Assembly: GCF_006345805.1 (NCBI RefSeq) | Contig: NC_043008.1 | Span: 76,632,001 to 76,696,000, forward strand | DNA: 64,000 bases | Source of the DNA: Octopus sinensis | Lineage: Eukaryota | Direction of reading: 5' to 3' | In this document: piece by piece, positions 27,350 to 42,027 of the stretch | Layout: the number at the start of each line of letters is the position of its first letter | How positions within the stretch are numbered: the stretch's first letter is position 1 | The notes under the pieces: model-generated | Told to the model about the DNA's origin: nothing | The model's input: the letters and a program-made list of their open reading frames with translations, nothing else | Databases searched by the model: none | Program-made: the position numbers and the translations under genes

Positions 27350-29790
27350 GTCCACTCTGGGACGACTATGCTATCGACGTGTGCGTCAACGATAGCGTGT
27401 AGTCTCCTAACACAACCGTCACGTGAAAGTTCTCCAGGCGCCGATAAAAATCAGTTTGTAATCCTCTAGCACAGGGTGCGTAGATTTCGATCAACCTGAA
27501 GGCCTTACCGCTGTGTGTCATACCAAGGACGACTAGGCCACATTCAGGGTCCACATAGACTGTACTTGTTTGCAGAGACAAGCCTTTTCGGACGAGTACT
27601 ACTACGCCCACTGGCTAGGTCTGGCTTGGAGACATGATTTTCTCATAGCCATTCAGCAGGGATGAGAAGGTTTGTAGACTGTCCAGCTTAGTCTCTGTAG
27701 CAACCATCACTTGTATATCATGTGATCTGAGGTCATCGAGGAAACAGGCCTGCTTCCACTTCGAGCTCAGACCACGCACCTTCAAGCACCCCAAGTTAAG
27801 CAAAGCCATAAAACAAGGGGAAAAAACAAGGGTTCTACTTACCCTTGACTGGTGATGTTGGGGTTGACCTCATTACACGCGGCGCAGCGCCTTCCTCCTC
27901 CTTTTTTTAAGTACGCTGGTAGGGTCGCAATTCTTCTAATAAGTTTAGGACACCTCTCCTTAAGTTGTTTGTATAGTGTTTCCCCTGTCCAGGAACACCT
28001 CTTTTTCATATCCCTTTGTTGCGGGAAAAGTTCCGTCGTATGGTGATTTGTAATGATCTCCTCCAAATAGCTGTCTTTTGTATTATACTCAGTCAGTATT
28101 TTTCTTGTTTTTATATTACTTGGGGGAGCAGGGTTTTGTTTTTGTTATGTGTAGTGACGTGCTGTTGTTTTCTTTTGTGGGGAATGTAGGAAGGCACGTG
28201 CGTTCATTTCCGAACTGTTGTAAACTCCCCCTCTGCCACCTCCATCGTGTCGTCAGGGAGAGTCATATTTTTACTATCACTTGGTGCCACAGGTTTCAAA
28301 ATGGTGGAGGTTTTGTTATTGTGGAGTCTTCTGTATGCAGGGGTTAGGTCTTTTTGTTTGTTTGTTTGTGGGGCGGCACAACAACAGAGGGTGTGGGAGT
28401 ATTTGTCTTTGTGGGGGCTGGTGTGTGTGTGGGCTTGGGGTTGTTTTTCACAGATGTAGAGCCTGGTGTTGTACAATACTGTCCTTTTTTCTTTTTTTTT
28501 TTTTTGCTTCCTTACCTCACAATTCAAACGAAAGTGGCCCTTCCTTCCACATTCATAACAGGTAGGTTTCTTCCCTTCCACCTGTATCTGAAGGGCCACA
28601 TTCTCCCCCACGAGTACCCGATCCGGAGTCATTTAAATACCTTCCGGTGCCCCTTGAATGATAGCTGAAATGCTCTGCCCCAGTCAGTTCTGGGATGCAG
28701 AGCATGTAATTTGTTGGAACTTAATTTTCCCTTGCCTGTTAAACAAAAGTGCAGCCATCACCTCCCTTGGACCGACTTCTGTTACCTTTACACGAGAAGT
28801 CCGTCTCCCCATGTAGGCTGGTAGAAGTGTCATTTCTTCTGTTTTCCGTGGACTCACCGAGTACCCGTGGGCCAATTCCTCGGTTCTGAATTGCACCTCT
28901 ATAGAGGCATACGTCTGACCCCTGGCGACATAAACAATATCTTTCCACACAGGGGCCAGACACTTTTCAATTTTTTCCTTATCGAAATGCCGGAATCTTT
29001 TATGTTCTGTGCAGAACGATTTGAATAACACAGTTTTTCTTTTTTTCTCTATTTCGTTGGAGGCGGGCGATGTCTTAATGTCTCCAACCTCTTCCGACAT
29101 TCTCTTAAATTATTCCTCTAATTTTTCTAGAGGAATAATAATTGTCTCTGTTGCAACGACTGCAAAAGGCGCAAACTTCTTAGCAGTAGTAGCATCATTG
29201 CCACACTGACACCTCCCTCTTCGAGGGTACATTTCTCTCTGATAATCTCGACCGACATACTCGCCCGAAATTAGCAAAGTCAGAAACAAGACAGAAAATA
29301 TTTTTTCCTTCTAGCGAGGATAATGTTCCAAGTACTACCCCGACTGGGAGCGGGGTTCTTTGTAAAACTTTACACCGGTTCAAAATAAATTCGTTTACAC
29401 AAAAAACAAATGTATCACTTCCACAAAAGTGGAAACTTATAATAATATTTTTTTAAATGTTCAGAAAAAAACGTAATATAGCTTCCACGAAGCCTAACAA
29501 AAGATAGTAATTCCAATCATCTCCCCCACTTGGGGGCGGGTGCAACAAAAACCCTAAAACGGCTTAATAAAGTTCAGTTTTTTTCCACTAAAAGTTTTCA
29601 AAGAATGTTTCTTACCTTCCCGCTCTGAGAGGCGTCACAAAATATTCGCAGGTGATAATCCGAATACAAGAGACAGTTTAAACAGGTACTCCACACAGAA
29701 AGCAAGTAATCCTCAGAACGAAAAATGCACGTCTGACTAGCTGAGACACAAACAGGAAGCAAGCTACTTACCACACAGCCACTCCTGCGA
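27350..29790 (-). mobile_element. Tx1/L1-like LINE, 5' portion only (5' UTR, ORF1 and start of the ORF2 APE endonuclease)
   Basis: ORF1 at 28684-29100 and 28204-28632 carries the CCHC knuckle CYECGRKGHFRLNC. ORF2 starts MALLNLGCLKVRGL..ATETKL, then GVVVL..IYAP..VVLGDY. Confidence 0.85.
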
Positions 29791-31917
29791 CTATGTGATA
29801 TACACATATGAATACAAGAGTAACCCAACCAAAAAGAGATCAGTTACCATAACCTAGCTTATATTAAATTACCCCACAGCTCCAGGTGGTTTATAGTTCT
29901 AGTACCTGTGAATATTTTTCAGGGTCAGACGAGTTGTGAATGGCTCTATTCTTCCTGAGGCATAATCTTTCAAATGTGGTCTTTATCGAAAATCAGTCTT
30001 TTCGGGGTGTCTGGTGCTGTTCTCTTAACTTACGCCCAAACAACATTTTAATTGAATCGTTTATCTCAGCGCTCAATGATTGAGTAGATGAATTGTTTCT
30101 TTTGGATCAACCCAAAGCCGAGATTTTTCATGAAGTTTTAAATCTTGTTTGCATCTGAGGCACTATCGGCTTGAACTCCTTCATTTTCCATTTTTCTTTT
30201 TCCCAACCGGCCCTGATATTTGTGCTATTCTCCAGTTTCCAGTTCTTCTCTAACTTTATATAAAGACAAGTTGTACTATAAGATGCAAGTGAGTTCACAT
30301 TGTCTTTGACTTTCTGATTTCGTGGTTGTAAAAACAGAAGGTAAAGCTATCCACGGCCGGATTTGAACTCAAAAGATGTGAAACAAACGGAGAAAATAAT
30401 TGTGTTCGAAAATGCTAACTCTAGGCACAAGACCCGAAATTGATTGGTTGAAATTACCGAAATACGACAACTTTAACGCGAAATAACTTCGTAAATATAA
30501 ATTTTCTCAAAAATGCTAACAGTAAAAGATGTTTTATATGACACATTCTACCAGTGTCCGAAGTTTGAAAGTGTTTAGTTACAAAAAGTTATTTTTAAAA
30601 TCTGTCGGTCAAAACGTAAAGATCCAAAATAAATATTCTCGCAGAGTCAGCAAAAATCTTCATTTTCAAAGTCACCACACTGTCTCTGCTACCATCACAT
30701 TTTCACACTATCTGTATCAAATATATGCTTTTGTGGTATCGCACTGGAACGTTATAGAACTTAATTCTGTAGGTTATTATACCAGAAACCTATTTAATAA
30801 AACACCACTATACTACAGAATAAATCCGAGACCTAAAGACTGTCTGCCCTTAGAAGACAGAATAGTTGGGACTATTGAATGTCAAGGAGTAATACCAGAA
30901 GGCAGCCATTACTGATGCTCATTAAATTCCTACCAAACAAGAAGGTCTGCTGCAGGTTCTTTTTGATTATAATTAATATTTTGACAAATCTGTTATATTC
31001 GCAGCAACAAAGTTTTCACAATAAATTCATTTAAACTTTGAACCGCTAAAATTGAATCTAAAACAGCAACCAAAACAGAAATATATAGTTATAAAGGTTT
31101 GCTTTTATATGCCCGAAATTTCTTAATCAAAACTGGACTCGAAGTATATTCATGAAAATATTGCTCTAAGATATTTTTACAGAGATCTGTCGTTTCTATC
31201 CCGATACTTACTTTAAATAGACAATGATTATCATCCATTGACATTTCTCGTAATACAAAGATGAAAGAAATTAAAGTAGTTTTCGAAAATAAATCCTATA
31301 GTCACAAATCTATTGTAGTGTTCTCCCTAGAAATATCTTGGTGATCATGTTGGAACTTGGATTTTTCTTGAGAGACATTCCATTGACCTTTGATGTTATA
31401 GTCCTCTTATTTCCTTCTTTTCCTTTATATCTTTTTCTTGCTAAATTAGCGATTAACCTTCTCTAATTCTGTATGTGATATTTCCCAGAGTCAGATCATT
31501 TGGATTGATGAGTTTAACTGATCAGTCATTTATATTCGGTACCGTCACTTCAGAATACTTACAAGATCAGTGGTTTAAGCTTTCTTCAAATGTATATTTA
31601 AGAATACTTGGTTAGCTAACTGAATTCTTTATTATTTTTGAAATCCCATATTCTTAAATGCATAAAATATTGTCGTGCAAATCAAATGTACAAAATAATT
31701 ATGTTATTTTATAATTTCCTTGTCTTACAATTTCCATTTCTTAACTCACAGCGCTATAACAAAGATATTATTGATCCAATTACTGCTTGTAACCTTTGCA
31801 CGGATAATGAAATCCCGAAGGAAAATAATATTGACAGGTATTTCTTCGTTTCCTATAGACGCTTTATTATATTGCTTTTCTGCAGTACAAAATTGGGATT
31901 TGCTTTTTAAAGATATT

Positions 31918-32057
31918 TGTGTCCCGCTGAAGCTTCCTGAGAACTACGTTAAGGGTACGCGTGTTTGTGGAGTGCTTAGACACTTACATGTTAATTTCAA
32001 AGTGTTCCGTGATCCGATCAGCTGTGATACTTATTGTCGTAACCGACGGAGTGCCAG
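31918..32057 (+). mobile_element. SINE 3' fragment
   Basis: Matches 24735-24876. Confidence 0.7.
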
Positions 32058-32109
32058 TTATACAGAAGTGGGCATAAATATAATTACGTAGATAAAAAAA
32101 AACAGGATT

Positions 32110-32450
32110 AAAGAAAACGGAAAGTAAGAGTTTATTGTAGTTCTTTATAGACAGTTAGTATCTAGAAAGTTCATGCTCTAATATCACAAATAAAAGAGGG
32201 GAGAATCCAGATAATCCTTTATTGTAGTTTTTCAAAGATGGATAGATATCCGGAGAGTTCATACTCTTACACCACACACAAGAGAAAATAGAATCAGACT
32301 ATGAACTCTCTAGATATCTATCTATGAAAACTACTATGAAGGATTATCAAAATAAACTTTTACATTTTATCTTAGAATAAGAACTTTCTGGATATCTATC
32401 TACTTATGAAGAACTACGGTGAATTTTCACTCTTTTGTTTTCCTGTTTTT
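32110..32450. repeat. Degenerate foldback: two direct units followed by two inverted units
   Basis: TTATTGTAGTT..ATAGATATC.(A/G)GA(A/G)AGTTCAT occurs twice, then GAACT(C/T)TCT(A/G)GATATCTATCTA..AACTAC occurs twice. Confidence 0.6.
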
Positions 32451-32739
32451 CAGTATTTCTAAATTATATTTAAACTCCTTTCAATACTAATATATAAACG
32501 CTTTGATATCTTTTATTTTATATATTCTATGTATAGGACGCGAGGAGTACTTGAGGACACTTAATTATGAGTATATTACTCTCTTCAGACCAATTAGAAT
32601 GTTTTTATTTCCTTCAGATAAAACGCTAGCACAAGAAATGAAACGAGACTGTTACTGTTGCTGTACGTGCCGAATGCAGCAATTTTAAAATACACAAAGT
32701 TCGAATGGACCTGGAATTCTCTGGCGGGAATGTTTCAAG

Positions 32740-33108
32740 AAAAAATGACATTCTAAGCATTCGAACACAATAAGGACGTCGCAATTCATCCAGTGGGTTC
32801 AAAACATTACCGATGGATCAGGTCAAAAATATCAATGAGGTTTAACTCCGAAAAACTTCAGATTTTAGAGGGGATTAGCAGAACTGCGGTGTAAGAGGAA
32901 ATTCGATGTATTAATTCATGTCTGCAAAGGCACATGGTTACTTAACAAGGTTAAAAACCATCACAAGCATGATTTTCTTTGGTTCTTAGAAGATAAGATA
33001 AGTGGCTATGTACAGATACTTCTGATATCTTCAGAATTGTGTTCCCTAAGTTTCCACCAAGTGTAATGGTTTACGTAGTGATAAATAATGAAGGTCATGT
33101 TATGCCAC
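32740..33108 (+). mobile_element. Tc1/mariner remnant
   Basis: [20 protein letters not shown], homologous to the 17410-17691 transposase. Confidence 0.6.
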
Positions 33109-33186
33109 TATATACATACATATATATACATACATACATACATACATACATACATGCATGCATGCATACATACATACATACATACA

Positions 33187-33302
<116 letters not shown>

Positions 33303-33415
33303 GATTCACTTGAATTAGGTATTTAAGTTGAAGCACCAAGTCAATACGGTATTATCCTCACAGCTCGAAGTAAGGTGAATAAAATCAGAATAAGCAACAA
33401 GATATCAAGTAGTGA

Positions 33416-33501
33416 TGCAGTTCGACCGTTTCATGTGGATTCATTTAATTGAAAAATGCAATCATTACATCAATTTAAATACAGTGCTATCATCAGCTGC
33501 A
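33416..33501 (-). ncRNA. Degenerate type I hammerhead ribozyme in a (TA)n-flanked segment (33296-34030)
   Basis: Minus strand: tgcag-CTGATGA..AT-rich..GAAA-cggtcg-AA-ctgca. Stem I is a perfect 5 bp, but stem II is poor and the triplet is GAA. Confidence 0.5.
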
Positions 33502-34059
33502 CAGATAAATAGAACTTTAACTAGTTGGACACATTAAAATAATTTTTCTCAAATACTTTAACAGAGAATGAAGATGGAAAAAATTCATGCCTCTATTGTA
33601 GCTAAGAATAGACAACACTTCCAAGAATGGCATGAAGCCAACAGTGGTCATAGCTTGTAAAATATTGTGGTTCATTTCTAATTTATTAGTCTTTTTATCA
33701 ACTACTAAATCTAAGACTAGAGGACTGTGTCTGTTTAGAATGAAGTGCAAGAGTGAGTTGACAACTCATGGCTAGGTATGGTCATAAATATTGTCATATG
33801 TATCCCTTTCCCTCAGGGAGGGAAGAAGACATTAGGAGTAGTAAATTGGATATAGAGTCTCTATCTATGAAAGGAGACTGGGTAGGGGAAGACTCAGTCA
33901 TGATGTTAATTACCAGTTAAAGGGGCAAGACGCAAATAAAACATAGGATGTTAATACAGAGGAAATTTTATCTTGGGGTGCTATGGATGAGTGTTAATAA
34001 ACAATATTGTTATGCTGTATAAAAATGAAATTGAAAATTTTACATATATATATATATAT

Positions 34060-34500
34060 AGGCGCAGGTGTGTCTGTGTCGTAGGAAGCTTGCTTTGCAA
34101 CCACATGGTTCCTGGTTTAGTCCCACTACGTGGCACCTTCGGCAAGTGTCTTCTACTATAGCCTCGGGCCGACCAAAGCCTGGTAAGTGGATTTGGTAAA
34201 CGGAAACTGAAAGAAGCCAGTCATGTGTATGTATATATGTGTGTGTGTATGTGTGTGTGTCTGTCTGTGTGTGCGTGTGTGTGTGTGTGCGTGTGTATGT
34301 GTTTTTCTGTCAGCGTTTCTCTTATCACTTCTTGACAACCAGCGTTCATGTTTACGTCTCTGTAACCAGTCTCTGTAAAGGTGGCCAATAGAATACGTAC
34401 AAGGCTTAAAAAATTAATCATGGGGTCGATCTGCTCGACTAGGACCCTTCAAGGTGGTGTTGCAGTATGACAGCAGTCAAGTGACTGAATCAAGTATAAG
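34060..34500 (+). mobile_element. CORE-type SINE, full length
   Basis: Same family as 22287-22660. Confidence 0.85.
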
Positions 34501-34537
34501 AAGTAAGAGAAAAAATAAACGAAAAATGTATGTGCAC

Positions 34538-34568
<31 letters not shown>

Positions 34569-34569
<1 letters not shown>

Positions 34570-35660
34570 TAGCAGAAATACCCGGCTTTCCCGGGTTAAA
34601 GAAAATAATGAAATTTAAAAATGCCTTTTACATCTCTAAGTAAAATGAAGCATGGATTATGCCATCTCAACAGTAATTAGCTGAGCCACAAACAATAAAT
34701 GTTAATAACATGTATAATCCGATGTTCTCACAGTTAAAATAGTTAAAAAATCAGGTAGTTTCTTTGTCATCGCAATCACCTTCAATTGTCAGTACTTATT
34801 TGAAACACGTTGAACTTGAAAATGTATAAATTTGATAAGAACCGCCCTGCTGGCGCTCCCCTCCTGTTAATAAGTACATTTAACAAAAATTCTATCAGAT
34901 GACGTGAGTATAAAAAAATACATTGAAACAAATCCAGAAATCAATCACAGTTTAATCAACTAAAGCGTCTAAATATACGATGTTTTGAGTGTACAAATTG
35001 GTGTACAAATTGTACAAATTGTACAAATTGGTGTACAAATGAAAAGATTTTGGGGACTTCCAATTTGCGATCATCCTACACATAATTGCCCATGAGAGAA
35101 GCAAGATGATGTCCAACAGCATTGAGAGGCTGTCCTTGAGACTTGTTTCTTGACATAGCGAAACTTAGCTTCACTGGGAACTGGAACTGTTTAAATTCAA
35201 AGGGGAAGTCGTGTGGGTTTAACGGGATCCGTGGAATGAAGACATCCTCACCCTTATAGTTCCCTGTCATGATTGTTGTATTTAGGACATGGGTTCGCAT
35301 CGCTTTCACCGCCAGTATGGTGCAATTTCACAGACGAGGTGGATCCAGATTCCTGAGCAGCTGATTGGGGCCCCCTTTCTAATTGTCAAGTGGTGAGACA
35401 GCATCCCAGATGGCTGTAGACAGTTCAAGAACTCAGTTGGAAAAACTACAGCCTAGTCCTGATCAATGACAGTGTTGGGGATTTGAAAGACTGTTCTTGT
35501 CCGGGCAACAGCTGCAAGAGATTCCATTTGATTTTGTTGACAGCATCATTACGTGTAGCTAAGATGGCTCGCTCACAGAGTCATTGACTGTTGCTAAAGT
35601 TTTGTGCAATGTTTGGGAGCATTGATATTTGGTACCATCTCACCAGCGATTGCACAACCT
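34569..35660 (-). mobile_element. Helitron 3' remnant (PIF1-like helicase C-terminus plus 3' terminus)
   Basis: LCERAILATRN..FPTEFLN..VFIPRIPL..QFPVKLSFAMSRNKSQGQ. The terminal hairpin CCCGGGAAAGCCGGG is followed by CTAG, inserted in (TA)n. Confidence 0.9.
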
Positions 35661-38378
35661 AAAATTTTCGGTCCAGTAAAGCTTGCATAGCACCTTACAA
35701 ACTCTCTCCACTCTACAGACATGACCCAAAGATAAACCAGAGCAAGATACCCTGTGCCAATATAGGTCGCACGCTCAGGAATGATCACAAGCGCAAGCAT
35801 ATTGGGTTTTTCATCAGAGTAACGTTCTTATGGAGACATACTTTAACAAATATGTATGTATGTATGCATGTATGCATGTTTGTTTGTTTGTATGTATGTA
35901 TGTATGTGTGTATGTTATAGCAGTTAGTTTGACTCAGTCTAAAAGAATATAGGTCCCGTACACGGTACTGAGTTTTAAAAGTTCGTTTCACAGCTACATG
36001 AGTTCATATTCAGTCACAAGCAAGCCTGTTTTCCTTTAAACCCGGACTGACCTATGATTAGAGAGTGAAAACTGAGAAGTAGCCGCTCTTATATGTGTGT
36101 GTGAGTGTGTATATGTGTGTGTACGTGTATGCATGCGTGTTTGTGTATGTCTGCGTGTGTAACGCTTGCGCGCTTGTCTCATGTAATTTAGTGGTACTAA
36201 ATATGAGGAAGCCGGGTTTATCGACTAAAACAACCTTTAGAAGGATGCCCCAGTATAACTGCAGTCTAATGACTAAATATGTAAAGTTATAAATGATATC
36301 ACATCTAACTTCGATTGTGTCCTACATTTTTTAGATTTGACAACTGTTTCTATTAGGCCGAATGACCTAACTGGCATGAGGCAAGATGATCACGGTTGGA
36401 AGCTTTTGATCATAGGTTTGTTTCATCATTGTCGAGCTGGAGATAAATAACATTAGGTTTCTATTGATTTTCATTGTTTTCGGGAAGGCTATAAACATAT
36501 CTATAGTCGGTTTACTCAGCCCCAGAATACTCTTGTGTCCCCTTTATCGTAGAGGAAGGATTAAAACGGAAACTGCAGAGATTTGAACTTAGAACATAAA
36601 TACAAGTAACTAAATGCAACAATGTATTTGGAGCAAGCTTCTGTCACTTTTAATCAACCTTCCGTCTGTAAGGTCACATATCAATTCTGACATATTTTAG
36701 CTTTTCCTTCTTCTGCAAGAGAAATACAAATGTGCTCTCAATTACGATGGTGATGACAGACAGTAAAAGTCTTTAGAAATCGTTTAATGTGGCGATTACA
36801 TTGAAATACATTCATCACACTTGATCTGTCAATAATAGTCATATCTTCAGCTCGAATGTCAATCTTTTTTCAGTGTGGGTCATATACGTTTCGGTTACCC
36901 CATTCGACTAGAACTGAAGTCATTTTCTGATGATGATGGAAATGTTGCAAGATTGAAGTTAAACAATAATAACGATTAACAATAGAAAGTTCTAGAATTG
37001 TTTTTCGATTATTCTCTTTCTCAGCGCTTCAGTTTAGGTATATAAGGAAATACATATTTCCCCTACTATAGGTTAATTATTCGTATATTGATGCAATGAT
37101 AAACTGTTGTAATGAAATCAATACCAAATGCCTGCTAGCTTTTAACTTTATCATTCTTCCACTTCCAAAAGAATCTTTTGAAATGGTGCAAACTGGATGG
37201 ATAAATTTAGTAAAGATGTCCAATATATTTTAATATTTTTACATTTCAAGTAATAAATTAGCTGAACCTTCTGTAACAGAAGTCTAAAAGTAAAGTGTTA
37301 ACTCCAGTTTTTGAAATCTTAAACAAATGCAAGAAATCTTCTCTGAGAGAGGAAACTGGTAAGAATCTTCAGATGTAGAAATCGTTGTCAGCAGGCACAG
37401 CGGATTACCTACAGTAAATTAAAACTCATAATTTACGATCAAATAGTTCAATATCTTAGTGGTCTGGTGATCACTGAAAACATTCACATTTAAAATCCGG
37501 TATTTTTTGGAACATCAATATTATATCTTCATATCGTGCCATAAAGAAAGGTACCGTTGAGAAACTTGCGAGAAACAATAGCCATTTTTTCCTGAAATTA
37601 CATCTTACTGTATTATGTAAAGAAAATTATATTGGAGAATATAAGAATATTGTCTCCGACAGACAAAACTGATGACGATTGGAATACATTTGTTCAGAGA
37701 TCACCTTGAAAGAAACTGAGGCTAAACAACAAAATCACGTTGGAACATTTTGATTTATTATTTTCTTTAAATTCATTACATTAATAATGCGAAATTTGAC
37801 TTAATGAAGTCGAATATGATCGAGTGTTGATGTGGATCCCAGCTAAAAAATAAAAAAAACAATGTTTTGAATTTTTCATCAGCGCCGCTTGGTAAAATTT
37901 AGAGAAAGGTTCTGAAATCTCATAAGACCCCTAAACTGCCAAAGTATAAATGCAGTGTATGACTGCTATCACCAGAAATTCTCTGTAAGTCTCTTTAGCT
38001 TGTTCTATTGAGCAACGATATGCTAAAATTTCTCAGTTGTCAGTTAGCCCTCCTTCCTTTGTCCTTAGCTCATCAAATGTCTTCAATGTCAATAGTTTCG
38101 TTTCAACAATCACACATTCCCAAAATAAATTAAGTAGTTCTTGTCAAACGTTTGATATTTATAGATTATATTTTTGGAACGATGCTTAGCCTTTTTTCTT
38201 ATATCCTCTATTTAACAGTTAGTTAACAGTTAGATATTGAAAAGTGCCAGAGTAAATGTAAAGTGTCTTTAGTTATGTCTCTTTACCTATAACGTTCATA
38301 TGTTCTATTGCCAATTAAATAAATATCAAACAAATAATTTAATGGGTTCCTGTGACTTTGCTCTCGCAAAACAAAAAA

Positions 38379-38440
38379 CGTCATTATCTTGTGTCTATGT
38401 TAGAATAAACATTCTGAATGTTTATTCTAACATAATGACG
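38379..38440. repeat. Near-perfect palindrome
   Basis: TATGTTAGAATAAACATTC-T-GAATGTTTATTCTAACATA (38396-38434), extended by CGTCATTA/TAATGACG. Confidence 0.9.
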
Positions 38441-39789
38441 AGCAATGTTTACCGAATAAAACATGGAAATGTCCTATAACTCATCAAAGATGAGTGAGAA
38501 ATATACATAGGGTGTTAAATTTTCACGTAGGAAGTCTATCAAACATGTTCGAAGAGTCAATGAAGAGAAAATCTTTGCCTGAATTTGCATTCTCTATATC
38601 GCTTGAGTAAGGTAAATATATATATATATATATATATCATTAAAGTTCGATCATTTTTACTTTGACACAGTAGAAAAATATTGCCAAAGTAATTGCCCTC
38701 AGTACATGAATTAATTTATTAGTCTTGAAGAACTAAAAAGTAAACCCGATTACAGCAGGAATTTAACTGAAAATGGATATAGTTAATTGTCTCAATGCTT
38801 TTAGTCCGTCAATCTACCGATTTTGATACTGAACATTTTTATTCCAGCTCCCTATTGTTTCTGTTACTGAGGACTTTTAATCCAACAACCTTCTGATTCA
38901 GCAACTAAAAACTTTCACTTTGTCTGCCAACCGTTTTTGTTACAACACCAACCAATGAAATTAAAATAAACATTAAACTACCAAGTTCAAGGAGACGAGT
39001 AAAATTACTAATATGAAAAATTTATTAAGCAGGAGGCCAATTTATATAATGAATTTAACTTGCGAATATGGCTTTCTGTTTGGCATTATAGAAAAGAAAT
39101 AAAGATAATCGAAACCACGTGTTGTATTTATCCCACTGTCGAAAATTACAAGCAAAAACAGCTGAGCTGCTGACAATGCTGTCCAAATATATTTGTACTT
39201 TTGCAAACACAGAATAATGTACGAGTTTTAAGAAAATAATCATTGAAAATTAATTTTTTAGTTTATTGTGTGGTCGAACTCAAAGCAATTGAGAATAATT
39301 ATTTTGCTGTGACTTCATTATTTTATGGAAATTATATTTATCTAAATTTTAACAAACGGTCTAAAGAAACTAACCAAAAACAAAATTACTTAAATTTCAC
39401 CTTGAAAGTAAACGAGTCGAAAACAATGCTTTGAGTTCTGTGAGCGAAAATAATCTATTCAGCTGTGTCTAAGCCATTTCATTTAAAGCATTAATAGTTA
39501 TCACTGATAATTTATCCCTGAGTTATTCTAATGACTTTCTGAATAATTTTGTTTTGGTCTTTATGTAAAAACTATTCCGAAGTGAAGCGAAATATCGCAG
39601 CAAAGGAAAAGAGATTCTTCAGAATATAGAATTATCGACAGACAAATACAAAACCAAGAATCCCTTGTTGATACTTAAACATTTAAATTAGATCTAGGAT
39701 GTGTTAGTCTTCACAACCTTCTAAACTTCTAATATGCACTTGAATATTAAAGATTTCCCTAACCCTTAGTGGTTAATAAAGAAAACATA

Positions 39790-39831
<42 letters not shown>

Positions 39832-41234
39832 TTACTTTATATGTGTGTTTATAAATGGCTGATTGCGTCTTTCTTCTGGAATCTTCCAAGATTACAAAAA
39901 AAGAATTGATAATGCTACAATTCATCTAGTGTCTCATTACAACAGCTCTCTGTGGATATTTTACAGTTGGATGTAAAAGTCAGAAGTAATATGATACAAG
40001 AGAGGAGAAATAGAAAAGACAAACATTTATCTATTATTATTCAGAAGAAAAACAATTCTGTGAATGCAAATAGTTTGTTTTTATTGTTCTTTACATATCA
40101 AGCACAGAAATGTGTTTGAATTTAGGATTTTTAAAGTAGACCTTCCTGATTCTCCATCATTCTATAGAAATTATAACAATGCTAAAATCTGTTTTGTGTG
40201 GACAGTTCCAACTTTGAAATATGATCAACATTATCGTTACGTACAAATGAATCTGCGCTTTTGTCCAACATATTTATGGCAGAATTGATTTGAAACAGAA
40301 TTTGATTGCATTCATCTGGAGTAACAGATAAGACTAACTGGACACCTTTACTAAAATGGTTCAATCGAGTTGAAGAAAATATGATTGGAAGCGTGAAATG
40401 ATAGCACTCTACAAACAATTCGTCGCTGCAAAAAATCTGTTGCCTTCAATGGCTATTCTTTATATTTACTGGTGAGAATATGTCTGTTGGTTTATAACAT
40501 TTTAATTGGCAAATATAGAACCATCATGTGTGATTTAAACTGAATGGTTGTTTTTTGTTTTTTTCTTCTGATTAAGACAGTTAATGGAATTAGTTATTAC
40601 CAATTATATGTATCAATATCACTTTATAATATATTTTTATTTCCCTTTTCAAGAACAAACAAATATTTAAGCTAAGTCAATTGTTGATAAATGGAAAATG
40701 TCTTTAAATAAAAAGGTTTTCAATGACATTTCAAGAAGCTAATGGATTTCTGGTTTTACCACAATTCTTCCTGATATTCTGATACACTGGGTAATATAAG
40801 GAACCGAATTAAATGAATTAATTTTGGCATCATGTTTCTTGACACTGGTAATTCTGTTCATCTTAGATACTGGGAACCATTAAGCGCCGAAGAATATGGA
40901 TTGCTAATATTCACCTCCCACTCTTCACTTACTTCCCGACACTAATAGTTCTGCTGTTCTCAAACACAGGAAACTAGAGCACGCTCGACAAAATGTTTCA
41001 TAGTATTTACAGCCATTTATGTTCTTGGTTCAAATAACTTATAAACTTATTTTCCTTCATTTTTATCTCTCACGCATCAATAAGCACGAATAAAAAAAAT
41101 AGAAATATACACATGTACACACATGCAAAGGGACACAAACACAGATACACACGCACGCACACACACGTGTGTGTGTGTGTGTCTGTGTGTGTGTGTGCGT
41201 GTGTGTATGTGTGTGTCTGTGTGTGTCTGTGTGT

Positions 41235-41277
<43 letters not shown>

Positions 41278-41463
41278 TGTCTAAGTACATATCTTAGCGT
41301 GCGTGTTCATATTAATACTGGAATGTTTGTACAGGAGGAAAGAAATCGGTGATGATTGTTGACTCCCAGAGCGTCTAGAGTGTCACATGGCTCACAAAAT
41401 GACGGTGATGAGGAAGGTGAATATATCTATCTCTCTGTCTATCTATCTATCTATCTATTTATC

Positions 41464-41761
<298 letters not shown>

Positions 41762-41955
41762 TGTATAATGCACACAGGCGTGGCTGTGTGCTAATAACCT
41801 TGCTTCCCAACCACATGGAACCAGATTCAGTCCCACTGCATGGGACTTTGGGCATGTGTTTTCTAGTATAGCTTCGGGCCTGTCCAAGCCTTGTGAATGG
41901 ATTTGGTAGACGAAAACCGAAAGATGCCCATCGTATACACACACACACACACACA

Positions 41956-42027
<72 letters not shown>

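Noticed and set aside
40040-40420. Possible SWIM/MULE-like Cys-His pattern
   Set aside because: Too degenerate, with stops and no supporting motifs.
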